In this document: positions 42,226-54,899 of the stretch, in pieces
Numbering within the stretch: the first letter of the stretch is position 1
Layout: every line of letters starts with the position of its first letter
Source of the DNA: Octopus sinensis
Lineage: Eukaryota
Direction: 5' to 3'
Assembly (NCBI RefSeq): GCF_006345805.1
Contig: NW_021832231.1
Span: 930,001 to 994,000 of the forward strand
DNA length: 64,000 nucleotides
Made by a program: the position numbers and the translations under genes
The notes under the pieces: model-generated
What the model was told of the DNA's origin: nothing
The model's database searches: none
The model's input: only the letters and a program-made list of their open reading frames with translations

Positions 42226-42856
42226 AGAAGATTTTGAGCTTGTATTTGGGATTATATATATTCGATAACAAAAATTAAAATCGATGCCAAAGCAGAATGA
42301 GCTTTAAAACCGATTTCATAAATAAAAATAATATTTTAAAATTTATAATTGATATTTTAGAATAATGAGAAAAAATCTAAATGCTTCATAATTTATTAAA
42401 ATGTCAAAACAAGAATCTTCTGAAGGAGCAAGCCTGTCTGCACAGTTCATTTTTGATTAGAAGACCTAATTTTAGAGATTAAAACGAAAAAATAGCAATG
42501 AGATCTGTCAAATTATTACCCCCCTCACAACCTAAACCAAATTAGCGTTCAGTATTCATTGATTTTACTTTTTCTATTAAGGTCTACTTATAAATTATTT
42601 TATGGGATTCAATGGAAAACTTAAGTTATTTCAATTTTAATTTTAAATCATGTTAAAATTTTAAATAATTTAATAAATATATTTGTTGATGATAGGCTTG
42701 TTAGCTGTCAAAGTCGCGTCTAGCGCTCGGTCGCGCGCTGCGCTCGCGACATATTACCTTAACATTGAATGGATTTTGAACCTAACTGTCTTCAAATTTA
42801 TCCAAAATGTCATTTTTTCAGCGGAAGCACTCAAAAATTCAATTTTTCGTTTTAAT

Positions 42857-42971
42857 CGGCTGGCCATTGTTCGGGGCAACGCACACTGCGTCCTCGCCGC
42901 TGGAACGAACTTAACTATTTTCGGTGTTAATTGTTAGTAAAAAAAAAAAAATTAGAATAAAAAAAAAAAAA
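42857..42971 (+). mobile_element. ~115-bp CRE-like 3' end with poly(A) tail
   Basis: RLAIVRGNAHCVLAAGT; A-tail; candidate TSD gttttaat at 42849-42856 and 42972-42979. Confidence 0.72.
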
Positions 42972-43701
42972 GTTTTAATGCAATTACTTTTTTATTTAAA
43001 ATAAAAACCGTTTGATATTTTCCTTGGAGCTAAAATGTAAATTTATTAAGTTTGTAATTGCATTCAATTTGTTTAAACAAACAGTTTAACAAGAGTAAGA
43101 GATGCGTTAGGCATTATATGATTGCAATATTTTTTTGAATCTTTTATGAAATTATTGTTTCTTATAAATATTTATTTAAGACATTTTATTTATTAAAGAC
43201 CAAAGGACCAGGGTAAAGCAGAATAAAAGCTCGGATGCGAATATATTTTAATAATTAAAAACTATTATTAAATAATTTATTATTTACGGAATCCTAAAAC
43301 TGGTTTCGCGGAACCCAGGTTGGAAATCACTGTTATAATTGATTCTTCAAAAATATGTATGATTACAAATATTAAAAAACATATATTTATTTGATAACTG
43401 GAAAATTTTATCAGATGCAGAATCAGAAAATTCGATTTTTATCATTACTAATCATGTATTCCATAGTATTCCCAAAATTAATCTCTGATATTTTTGGGAA
43501 AATCTACCCTTTTTTTACTTTTTGATGTTTTAGAATTAATTTCGAAAATATTCTCTTTTATATACTTGATGTTAAAATGGAGATAAGGATTTTTTGCTTA
43601 ATCATAATATAAAACGTTCTAATAAATAAAAGATTTAAATATCCTTTTATTCTTTTTATTTGTAATGATTGTGTAGTTTATAATATTGATTGTTTTTAGT
43701 G

Positions 43702-44288
43702 ATGGGAAAAAGCAGCAGTTCAAGCAGCAGTAGTAGTAGTTCTGACGATGATAAGCATTTCAAAAAAAGCAAATCCGATAAAAAATTGAGAAAGAAATTA
43801 ATTAAACAGGCACCATATGAAATATTATTAATATTGAATAGGGGCACTTAGCTAAAGGGTATAAAGGAGAAATCCCACATCATCTTTATCCCCAAAAATA
43901 TGATCAAGCTAATATTCCAAATACAGCAGGAAACCTTTATTCCCCTGTTTTAAATCTACAATATACTCAACAGCAACCCGGCCAATACCCTCAACACCCA
44001 AACCAATATGTTCAACAGCAACCCGGCCAATACTCTCAGCACCAAAACCAATATGCTCAACAGCAGCCCGGGCAATACCCTCAGAATCCCAACCAATATG
44101 CTCATCAGCAGCCCGGGCAATACCCTCAGAATCCCAACCAATATGCCCAACAAGTAAACCTCTATCTCTTTTAACAGCAGCATCCAATGACTTATGAAGG
44201 AGCCCATCAGGTGTTTGATAGGGCAGGATTGCCTACTCAACGAATGGAGCGTCCGTCTGAGGATTATAAGTACAAATATAATCCATAA
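43702..44288 (+). CDS. orphan 176-aa protein: poly-Ser, basic patch, Q/P/G/Y/N 14-aa repeats
   Basis: Exons 43702-43809, 43842-44153, 44178-44288 (all phase 0); 32-nt GC-AG and 24-nt GT-AG introns; repeat QQQPGQYPQNPNQYA x~4.5 (42-nt unit). Confidence 0.72.
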
Positions 44289-44989
44289 AATTATTATTGA
44301 TAATCGATATACCACTAATACGTTATTTAACATACACGGTTTAATATTTTTTAATTTAATTTTAAAAAAGTAAAATTATAAGCAACTGCATAACAGGTAC
44401 TACAGTCAAACCCCGTCAGAATAAAAATCCCAACTTGGGGCACCCTTGATTTTTTGGGGGATTTTATTTTGTAGTACTTTTCCATAAATAATTTACAAAT
44501 TTGTAAATTATAAAAACTCAAGTATGGGGAAACTTAGTAATTTATTTTACTTCCAAGATTTCTATTGAAACAAAAAGTAAAATTGCAAAGTGCCTATAAA
44601 CTTTTTCTGAAAGAGAAATTGCAAAAAAATCAAAATGAGCAAAGCACTATTTCCCGAATCAAAAAAAGCATTTCTTCTTTTATTAATACAGGATCAGTAA
44701 TTTCAAGATAAGTTTAAATAGATGAAGTTTAACCAGTTTCTAATGAAGCAAATCAATTTGAAAAAATTGAAGAATTACCTTTTGAAGTTTTTCGTCGTCT
44801 AAGGAAAGATTGCTTTTCTATTTCGGGTACATTAATCGAGACAGCGAAAAAAATATCAAAAAAATTGAATTATTTAACAATTTTTAAAGCTTCAAACGGT
44901 TGGTTAGACATTGGCAATTTTTTTTAATTCGATAATTTATCGAAAACTTGTGGTCATAAAAATATTTTTAATTTTGATTAATCAAATGA

Positions 44990-45870
44990 CGTGACTCTAC
45001 CACCGTTTGTCCAGATATTTTAAAGGCTTCGATAGTGTGTGGTATTTGGAACTTTATGTCCCAGTTGCCAACACAAAAATCAATGAAACATGTTTGAATT
45101 GGCTCAGAAGTTTCATAGAAAATAAAGAATCTTATGTCCAATGCGGAAATAGTGTTTCAAATGTCTTGACTTTGAAAAGGGGACCTCTACAAGGATCACC
45201 TTTTAGTCCCACTACAGACATTACAAAGCCAGAACACCCGAATGGCAATCATATAATTTATGCAGATGATGTCTCATAACAAACATGTCATGAAGTTTGC
45301 TGGATTCTCAGCCCAAGTTTCTCAAACTAGTTTCAAGAATCAAAAAAATGATGTACAAGGAATCTTCTTCCTTTGAAATTTACAGTTACATCGAAAAAAG
45401 AAGTAAGAGACAAGCTGATAGTCTACTATCGCAGTTTTTCGGACCCAGAGTCTCCGTTATCTTGGAATGGTTGTTGACAACAATGGGAAAATGATCAATG
45501 AATCCATATTGAAGAAAATAAGGAAACAAGAATCCTGAAGAGCTTGATTCACTTTGACTTAAATACCGATACTTTGACTTAATTCGCTTGTTTATATTGA
45601 CAAGAGTGTGATCAAACTCGGACTTTTAGATGGATGCGAAAGTTTGATGTTCTCCGACGAAAAGCAACGGATTATTGACATTTTTGAAAAAACGAAAAAA
45701 ATATGCTATGAAGTTAGCCTTCAGACCTAGAGTGGATACTCCGTTTAGCGACTTATGGGCAAAGTCGTCTAAGAAGATTGGCGCTTTGATTGAACAGAGA
45801 ACAATGACAGATAATTCTGGCTTTTTGGAAACGGTCAATAATGCGAAGAAGCTATGTTAAATCTCACAAA
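44990..45870 (+). mobile_element. degenerate LINE RT fragment
   Basis: GPLQGSPFSP, IYADDV, RYLGMVVD in shifted frames. Confidence 0.65.
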
Positions 45871-45877
45871 CCACATA

Positions 45878-48010
45878 CAGTCCGACCTCTAATTGGGGCG
45901 CACCTCCAGGGGTGGGGCACCTCTTTTTTGGGGAAAACTCTGTTTTGGGGCATTATAAATTTTTTTAACCAAATTATAAAAAATCAATTAATTTTAACAT
46001 CTCTATTTGGGGCATTGATTTTTTATTAAATAAAATTAATTATACCAATTTAAAAAATAATTATTTTTAGACACGTTTCATTTCAAATTTCTTGTGTAAT
46101 GCCTTTGAATTATTTATTTATTTACCCCCGGCCCCTTCAATTGAAGGAAGCCGGTGGCTAACAAGAACGTTAGGGCCAATGTCGGACGCTCCCAAAGATC
46201 CCCGATCGTGATCCGGTGTTCCGAGGAAGTAGAAGGCGGGCCTGGACAGGAGAAAAGGTCGTTGAGGGAATAGGAAGGGGTTATTTCACCAAGACCGATT
46301 TTTATGCGATAATCGTGTAGGCCAGTATGGTGGCCACAGCGGAGACGAGCCAAGTTCACTCGGGCTTCTCTTGAGAGGGAGGATTCGATCTTATTAATTG
46401 GCGGCGGAAGGCGTCCCAGAAGCTTGTTTATTCCAAGACATCTGATTGCCCTCGTAGCCACCAGGTCGTGAATCCCCTTCTGGTTAATGTCCGGAGGGGA
46501 TCGTATAAGCTTGCGGACTTTGTCCGCGAGGGTCGGAACTATTCTCCTGTTGTTAGTGGAGTGCCAGAGGAAGTAGCCAGGGTGATTTAGGGTTCGGCAT
46601 TTGTCAAGAAATTGCAGCCCGAGCATTTCAAAATGGTCACTGATTGGAAGGATTTTCGATTCCCAATGTAGGTGGTCGGTAGGTGTCAGGCGAAGTATTC
46701 GTGTGATATAAGTATTCGTGCCTTTGAATTATGAACCAAGTTGAAGATTGCTGATCATCTTTTAAAGAAAGAACATTCTGAGAGGAGATTATCCATAATG
46801 TACAATACTAGCAAGGGAACTATTTTTCGTATAAAAAAGAATATTCTTCCATTTATCAAAAAAGGATTTCTTTCCTCATCATTAAGTAAAAATAAAAACG
46901 GATTTGATGAAAAAGTCCTTGATATTTTTCAGCGTCTAAGCCTTAGACTCTAAGGGATCAAAATGTTCCAGTTTCTGGAACTCTTTTAAAAAAAATTTCC
47001 CTAACTGTTTCTTCGAGAATGGGCTTAAACAAGTTTAAAGCTTCAAATGGATGGTTAGAAAAATTCAAGCAGAGGCATGAATTAAAATTCCGAACATTGT
47101 CAGGCGAATCCGCATCTGCTGATCATGCGATAATTTTGAATTTTTTATCAGAATTAAATATCAAAGTTGAACAATATGGAAAGGAGAACATTTTTAATTG
47201 TGACGAAACTTCTCTTTTTATCAAACTTACCCCACGTAAATCATTCGTGAAAACTGGTGATTCGGCACGGGGCTTTAAAAGGAGTAAAGATAATGATTAT
47301 TCAAAAAAGAAAAATCTTAATGTTATTAGATAACGCTGCTTGCCACAAAATATCGACATTTAGCAACGTTGATTTTTTATTTTTAGCAAAAAATACGACA
47401 CCAATACTTCAACCATTGGATGCTGGAATCATTAAAAATTTCAAGGATAATTTGAATTTGAATTGTCTAATTGATTTTTTATGTTTTCAAGACGACCAGG
47501 ATTTGTTTATAGAGTTTTTATCCAAATTAAATTTGCGCCAAGTGGTAACAATAATCTCATATGCTTGGAATAATGTATCTGCGGATATTATTTATAACTG
47601 CTGGCAAAAGGTTTTTCGACAATCTCCATCAGACTCGAGTTGCATAAATGAATCATCTGAAGAAATATTTAATAATGTTATTGATGAATGTTTTGATGAA
47701 ATAGAAGATAATGATCCAAATATCTATGAGAATATAAGCTGCGAACCATCAATATCACAAATTTTAAGTTTGATGGAAAACTTAGAGACAAACATCTTTG
47801 ATTTGATTCCAGATTCTCTTCATGATTTTTATGAATTCAGAAAGAAAATGTCGTTAGGAATTAAAAATAAATATAAATATGGAGAAAAATTAACTGATTA
47901 TTTTAAAAAATAATGTTCTTTTTCTTTATTTATTGAGCTTTTTGAAAAACCTCTTTTTTGGGGAAACCTCTGATTTGAGGCACTTAGTGCCCCATTTAGA
48001 GGTCGGACTG
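45878..48010 (+). mobile_element. pogo/Tigger element (B), internally deleted
   Basis: TIRs cagtccgacctctaa(t/a)tgggg, TA TSD; FKASNGWLEKFK, NCDETSLF, LLDNAACH, QPLDAGIIKNFK; C-terminus similar to the 7183-9054 element. Confidence 0.9.
46100..46700 (-). mobile_element. LINE 3' fragment inserted in pogo B
   Basis: LARLRCGHH...LFSCP C-terminal motif; GC-rich against an AT-rich flank. Confidence 0.7.
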
Positions 48011-48205
48011 TAACTTGTTTTTGTTCTTTCGGTTTTGTGCTAAATAAAAACATTCATTTTTATATTTTAACATAGATTTTGATTGTGATAAATTGGGTAT
48101 TTTATATGCAACTTCAAAAAATTCCTGGATGAACCGAAAATTTTTCAAAATGTGACTCATATATTAAAGATGACTTTATCTCACAAGATAGAAAAATATT
48201 TTTAA

Positions 48206-50623
48206 TCTTAATATAAAAATGGTATGGTGTGTGTGTCTGTCTTCTGTCTGTCTGTTGTGTCGTCTGTCTGTCTGTCTTGTGTGCACACCAACTTCAAATT
48301 GGCAATACGATGTCCTCGACTTACATGATGAGGTCCTTAAAACCTTCCCCCCAAAAAAATAAAAAAAAATTTTCTGCATTTTGTTAAAATGAAACTACAA
48401 TGTCCTCGACTTACATGATGAGGTCCTTAAAACCTTCCTGGCAAAAAATTAAAAAAATTATTTTCAGCATTTTGGTTAAAATAAACAACAACAATGTCCT
48501 CAACTCATATGATGAGGTTCTTTAAAATCTTTCCGCCAAAAAAAATTATTTTTGCATTTTGGTTAAAATGAACAACTACAATGTCCTCGACTTACATGAT
48601 GAAGTCCTTAAAACCTTCCCCCCCAAAAAAATTAAAAAAAATTTTCTGCATTTTGGTTAAAATGAACAACTACAATGTCCTCGACTTACATGATGAAGTC
48701 CTTAAAACCTTCCCCCCCAAAAAAATAAAAAAAAATTTTCTGCATTTTGGTTAAAATGAACAACTACAATGTCCTCGACTTACATGATGAAGTCCTTAAA
48801 ACCTTCCCCCCCAAAAAAATTAAAAAAAAATTTTCTGCATTTGGTTAAAATGAACAACTACAATGTCCTCGACTTACATGATGAAGTCCTTAAAACCTTC
48901 CCCCCAAAAAAAATTAAAAAAAAATTTTCTGCATTTTGGTTAAAATGAACAACTACAATGTCCTCGACTTACATGATGAAGTCCTTAAAACCTTCCCCCC
49001 CCAAAAAAATAAAAAAAAATTTTCTGCATTTTGGTTAAAATGAACAACTACAATGTCCTCGACTTACATGATGAAGTCCTTAAAACCTTCCCCCCCAAAA
49101 AAAATTAAAAAAAATTTTCTGCATTTTGGTTAAAATGAACAACTACAATGTCCTCGACTTACATGATGAAGTCCTTAAACCTTCCCCCTCCAAAAAAATT
49201 AAAAAAAAATTTTCTGCATTTTGGTTAAAATGAACAACTACAATGTCCTCGACTTACATGATGAAGTCCTTAAAACCTTCCCCCCCAAAAAAATTAAAAA
49301 AAAATTTTCTGCATTTTGGTTAAAATGAACAACTACAATGTCCTCGACTTACATGATGAAGTCCTTAAAACCTTCCCTCCCAAAAAAAATTAAAAAATTT
49401 TCTGCATTTGGTTAAAATGAACAACTACAATGTCCTCGACTTACTTGATGAAGTCCTTAAAACCTTCCCCCCAAAAAATCAAAAAATTATTTTCTGCATT
49501 TTGATTAAAATGAACAACGCGAATGTCCTCGACATTCATGATGAGGTCCATTAAAACCTTCAAGGCAAAAATCTCACGTATTAAGAATATCCTTGATGAA
49601 AACGACAGCGAGAATATTAACAATGATGAACTCCCAATTATTCGCGATAAAGAAATTCAATTCATCCTATGTTTTTCTCTTTAAAATTAAATGCATATAT
49701 CATTATCGACCATGAATCAAAATTAAAGCTATTATCATATTTGACTTTGACAGAATGTGCAATCACAGATTGCACGACTTTGAATAGAGTGTGCAATTAA
49801 CAGATTTTGAAAAACCACTTTGATAGTTGAAACCACATTAGCACAATCATTAACACAATTTACCACCAATTGACGCACGACCTTGAATAGAGTGTGCAAT
49901 TAACAGATTTTGAAAAACACTTTGATAGTTGAAACCACATTAGCACAACCATTAACACAATTTACCACCAATTGACAACGCAATCAGAAGAATTTGCGTA
50001 AAAATATTAACTATTTACTTGAGTTTTTCGTAAAGATAGAATTTATTTTAGGTATGCCTCTTTTCCTAAACTTTTTTATTATTCAAAAATAATTTTTAAA
50101 TAGATAACCGAAGGAGGAAAAACGAAGCTGAAGAAAAAACGGTCAGCTTAATAAGGTAATTAATTAAATCTTTTTTGTGTGTCGCTTTCTTGCCTGCCGC
50201 ATCTCCCCCTGCCCCATTTCCGCCAGTAAAAAACAAAAAAATAAAAAAGAAAAAAAAGGAAATTACAAAGGAAAAATGAAAAAATTAAATATAAAAAAAA
50301 TAGACCACAAAATGAAAAAAAAAGTTTGCAATGACAATAAACAAGGCCCAGGGACAGTCATTAAAGGTAGTTGGGTTATTTTAGAGAGTGAGTGCTTTTC
50401 ACATGGACAGCTGTATGTGGGATGCTCGAGGGTAGGCAGAAGAGAAATTTATTCATATATGCCAAGGAAGGACGGACGACAAACATCGTTTATCAACAGG
50501 CGATAGAATAGGGTTACATTAAACCAGGTAGTTTTATACATCTACATAAACTTATAGTTGTTTGATGAAACAGGCCCTCCGCAGGAGCTAGGTCGCGGTG
50601 AGCGAAGCGAGCTGCCGAGCTAG
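48206..50623 (+). mobile_element. non-autonomous Helitron, copy 2, inverted relative to copy 1
   Basis: A|TC at 48205/48206, hairpin plus CTAG|T at 50620-50624; helicase tail [11 protein letters not shown]...[14 protein letters not shown]; ~103-bp tandem duplication 49771-49976. Confidence 0.92.
48290..49570. repeat. ~93-bp minisatellite, 14 units, inside Helitron copy 2
   Basis: Fourteen gtcctc(g/a)ac cores; reverse complement of the 34.3-35.0 kb array. Confidence 0.95.
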
Positions 50624-51174
50624 TAATGGATAAAACTACATGCCATTTTTGTTGGAATTTCACATTAACAATTAAATGGTTGCTTTAAAAAAAATACTCA
50701 AATGTTAATTTATTTTTCTTCCGGAAAACCCAACATCTTTGATTAAACCTTCAAACATGGGTATAATAAATGTTTTAAAATACATTACACAAACTTTTTT
50801 ATGCTCAAGTTGGAAGAAGATACAAAAATTAATTCTAAATCTTTGAAAAATATAAATATACGACAGATTATGATTCTCATTAAAAAACTCTGGATAGAAG
50901 TTAAAGAAACATTTGGAGAAAAATTGAGGAAAAATGAAAAGAATTAGTTGAAGTAAACACTTTGTAAGGGGTAAAGGACTTCTTTTTAGCAAAGTAAAAA
51001 AATCAAGTTAAACGAACCTTAAATCAATAGTTTGAGGCACTTTGATGCCTCATCCCAGGGTTCGACTGTATAATGTTTCCTTGTTTATCACAAACTTCCA
51101 AATTATTATTTGCATAGACTTAAAAGATGACTTACATTGACCTAGGTTTAATGAAAACCACTCTTAGACTAATT

Positions 51175-52330
51175 CTAAAAACAAGTATTAGTTAAACCGG
51201 GCCTTCCATAAGAGACCTGCCGTGACGAAATCTGCAGACACTTTCCGTTCGGGAAGGTTTCGGAGAACGATGTTTGAGAGACTGCGGGAGGCAGAATGAG
51301 AGGACAGATAAGGCGGAAGGGCCAAATCGGAACAGGAGTGGAGATATATTCCCCAGGTAAGGTCGCATTAGACCAGCCAGAATCGTCGAAAGCAAGGTTG
51401 CCTAGGGAGCTCATACCGAGCTTAAGGATGTAATCGAAATCAGATAGGAGGTCACTTCTGTGGAAACAGGGTGCACATCTTAGCGTATAAAGGACCTTAG
51501 GGGCGGAAAAGTGATTTCGCAGGAGGAAAAATGCAACGTGAGGGTCGATGTTTTTAAGCCTCTTCGAAAATGAAGCTTCTAGAGGGGAAAGAACCATAGG
51601 AGCCCCAAGGATGGATAGATTAGACTTTTCGGCATTACGAACGTCTGGAAGAATATTGGGGCAAACAAAAGAGACGGCAGAGAATAAACTTTGTTGAAGG
51701 TGGATATTCATAATTTCAGATTTATTTGCGTTAATGGATAGGCCAATGGCCAAGAGGGATGGAAGGATAATCCAGAGGTCGTCAAAAACCACTTCGGGAG
51801 GACCACAAATAGTTGCGTCCTCCAGGTATCAAATGTTAACAGGGGATCGGACAGAATGGGCGATGCCATTAACGCCTAAGGCGAAAAGCACAGGACCCAG
51901 GGGATCGCCTTGCTGGACTCCAGTAGACGAGGTGATAGGAACGTCGTCAGACATAAATATGCTTGGGGATGCGTAAGCGAGATGTACGAGGGAGTATGCG
52001 AAAGGAGCCATTTCGCAACAGCACTTCAGTAAGTGATCCCGTCGGAGTTAAAAGCATTAGATACGTCCAGCTTGACGATAATAAACTCCTCGGGAGATTC
52101 TAACAGCTCATGAATGGAATGGGCCGCGGCCTCGCAACCATTGGAAACGCCGACACCAAGTTGGGCAGGCAGAAAGTTTGGAAACAAACACGGGAGAATG
52201 GCATGACAGAGAAGCTTAGCGGAGAGCCTCCGAAAAACATTTCCCACAGCGATGGGTCTTACGCCGTTGTCCTTCTTCCCGAGGGCAGTAAGGTTTGCAG
52301 AAAAGAAGATACCGCGAGAAAAATCAGGAA
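51175..52330 (-). mobile_element. CRE-like non-LTR retrotransposon RT region, frameshifted
   Basis: QLGVGVSNGCEAAAH, KLDVSNAFNS, GVQQGDPLGPVLF, PKVLYTLRC. Confidence 0.85.
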
Positions 52331-52396
52331 GCGAACCGAAGATGAACTCCCTTTTCTAACTCTCCATAACTTAACTTATTTTCAAAAAAGTATTAG

Positions 52397-53545
52397 TTAA
52401 AAGTAATGGGCATCAATCTGCTTAATATTCGGCAATATTTTAAGTACACTTGCGACGTAAAGTGGAGATATATTCCCTAAAAATACGAAAGCAAAAAAAC
52501 TTTTAGTTGATTCAAACCAGAGAGGATTCCTTTCCAAATAAATACAGCTAAGATTCAACTTGTCGACCAGTTGGTTGAGTTCCGCAAAATCTTCCAATTG
52601 GTTATTGTCAAACTTTCATAATTGAACAACAACAACCCAGAATTCTTCGAGGAAATTAAGAGAATCCAAATTCTCCAAATGTTTAATGAAATTGCAGGAC
52701 AGATCAAGGATTTTCAAATGTATCTTGTAATGAGAAAAGACGGCAACCATATTCTGCAGCCCTTCCATCACAGTAATACCGTTGTGACTCAGATAGAGTT
52801 GTCTCATTTCAGTAAGTGTACCCAGACCCTCTATTTTAGTGATTCGGTTACTCTGCAATCAAAAAAAGGCCCAACCTGTAAAGAGAAGATCCTCAACTGA
52901 GTGTTATTTTCCAATCCCTCTATTTTCCTGATTTTGTTTTTCCCCAAATATAGTTCCTCCAAGCTGGTTAAATGAGCGATATTCGATATATTCTTAAATG
53001 TACATCACTTTTAATACTCTCAGTTTATTATCTCCCAACTCCAGTAGACTCAGCTTCTCGTTACATTCAAGGTTTTCAATCACTTGGATGCGATTGTGCA
53101 CAAAATATAACTTCCGCAATTTCACGAGTGTGTCGAGTCCCTCGATCTTGGCTATTCTGTTGAACGATAGGTCGAGGATTCTCAATTTATATTAAATGAC
53201 CAACTCTAAATTGACAAGAGACTCCAAATTCTCGATTTTCTCGATCAAATTGTCGTATAACACGAGTTCTACTAAATTCTCGTTTAAACAAGAAAGATTT
53301 TCTATTTTCTTGATCAAATTACGTCTGAATGAAATTTCCTATTTTATCAACATCTATCCAAACTTTGCAGCATAGCAAACACTCAAGGTTCTCTATGTTT
53401 TTGTACCTGCACTCGTCTAAGTACACAGATTCTGAATTTGGATCATCGACAGTCATTACATTGGCTGTTTCCACATTCTATTTAATTATATGAATATATT
53501 TTATTCAACATTTATGTCTGCCTCACTAAAGTCCTCATTTCCCAT
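52397..53545 (-). CDS. PPP1R7: PP1 regulatory subunit 7 (SDS22), LRR protein
   Basis: [73 protein letters not shown]; microintrons. Confidence 0.92.
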
Positions 53546-54076
53546 AATAATATTTAAATTTTATATATAATAATGTTTGACAAATACAATAATTAAAAAC
53601 AATAACAATTATAAACATGATATTGCCCATTTTAGGTATATTGTAAAAACATGTTGAATATTTTTCAGTATTTCTCAATAGTTTGCATATCCATTCGAAA
53701 TCTAAGAAAAATAATTTCATGAATTTTGCTAGGCAACTGTAACATTAAAATTGGGGAGGGATCCTGCCTATGAATTGATATTGGCAGGAAATGTTTTTGT
53801 GGAAAACCATCGACCTAGTCTCATGATCGCATAGATTATACTAAATGGCATGGAACAGAACAAATTGTAATCTACTAATGAGCTTATTTAAACTTGTTAC
53901 AGGCCTTTATATTTAACTCCATTTTATATCTTCTATGAATGAGAAGGAAGAATTGGATTTCCGGTGTGGTTTGTGATAGTAATTGATTTAGTAAAATAAA
54001 TTTATATGATTAAAATCTCCATATCTAATTAAACAAATATTTCAGTTTTGTTTCTGTGGTGCACAGTAATTGTAAC

Positions 54077-54739
54077 ATGGCCGTGATTGATAATTTATTG
54101 CTTAAAAAATTATATGAATCTGGAGACCCGGCCCGCTTATTGGAAGATTTGGTGAAAATAATAATAAAATGGTGGGATGAAAGTCCGGGGAGTGCCGCCA
54201 ACAGGTAAGAGAACATCTTTTAATTTCTAGTCAGTATACATCTGATTTAGTATGTTCTATCCATCAATGCTTATGTTGGCTCAACAAATCATATATCAAA
54301 TTCAACTGCTATTCTAAAGAAATAGAGAATTATCGTAATTATTGCATAGAAATTGATTCGAAACAAACTGCAGGAATGCAGCACGTGGAGCAGCTAAAAA
54401 ATGAACTTAAGGAAGCCAGGTCTATCAAAAGCCACAGACAAGGTTGGTCACCCAATTTATCAAGAATATTCTATTTTATCTTCGATCATCAAAAACGAAC
54501 CAAGTCGGAGTGAAAGCAATGCCAAAATTCAAGTCCTGGAGAAGGAGGTAGCACGTTTGCAGGAGGAGGAACTGCAAGCTAGACAGAGAGTGAGTTTATA
54601 TATTTAACAGACCAAGTTTAATAATGGGTTGAAACATTTATATGTTCTCAAAAATATTCTTGTGGAGCTCAGGACTCTGTTCGCACGCAATAGCGACATG
54701 CCTCATGAACAGTCCGATGGTCGTGTTAATATTTGCTGA
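54077..54739 (+). CDS. THOC7: THO complex subunit 7
   Basis: LVKIIIKW...SQY...KEIENY...EARSIKSHRQEYSILSSIIKNEPSRSES; introns of ~26, 22 and 21 nt (last 54590-54610). Confidence 0.88.
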
Positions 54740-54899
54740 TTATTATAAATTAATACTTTATTTTTTACTTTGTTGGTTTCTCAGATTCTTTTACTTCTAA
54801 GTAATTTCGTTACCCTAATGACCCATTCCCAATGTTTGTTAAAGATGATGCAAAGTCAACTTACTTGAATCTATTTTTAAAGGGCAAAACGTGGATATT

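Larger units (their letters stand above)
38320..42240 (-). mobile_element. near full-length LINE (APE-RT, ORF1 with CCHC knuckles; Jockey/I group)
   Basis: ORF1 41117-42225, ORF2 38490-41120, A-run after the stop codon, 3' tail (CCTATT)n at 38321-38342. Confidence 0.93.
38227..42751. mobile_element. second TGT...ACA TIR element with 5-bp TSD, split by a LINE
   Basis: TIRs tgtcgcgagcgcagcgagcgaccgagcgc / gcgctcggtcgcgcgctgcgctcgcgaca; TATTA at 38222-38226 and 42752-42756. Confidence 0.8.
37821..43332 (-). mobile_element. internally deleted Buster-type hAT, host of nested insertions
   Basis: TIRs cagtgattcctaacct / cagtgatttccaacct (rc); degenerate 8-bp flanks with central TA (atataaac / ttataatt); remnant LLPFPSNYLCES...KYRNKLN at ~37900-38100. 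Confidence 0.75.
44403..51068 (+). mobile_element. old pogo element (A) expanded by nested insertions
   Basis: TA-flanked termini cagtcaaaccc / gggttcgactg; fragments FKASNGWLD (~44890), LYATSKNSWM (~48100), KIFLI|MDKTTCH across the Helitron, PTSLIKPSNMGII (~50730). Confidence 0.75.

Noticed and set aside
43909-44333. Minus-strand repetitive ORFs in the track (EHIGWDSEGIARAA; LLSILV)
   Set aside because: Antisense shadows of the 42-nt repeat; the plus-strand spliced model has coherent start, splice sites and stop.
48290-49570. CRISPR-like appearance of the ~93-bp arrays (also 34311-35030)
   Set aside because: Units are contiguous tandem copies without unique spacers, there are no cas genes, the context is eukaryotic, and both arrays lie inside Helitrons.
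53535-53990. Possible small gene between PPP1R7 and THOC7
   Set aside because: The short hydrophobic ORF overlaps the PPP1R7 start, no homology was recognised, and the region may be a bidirectional promoter.
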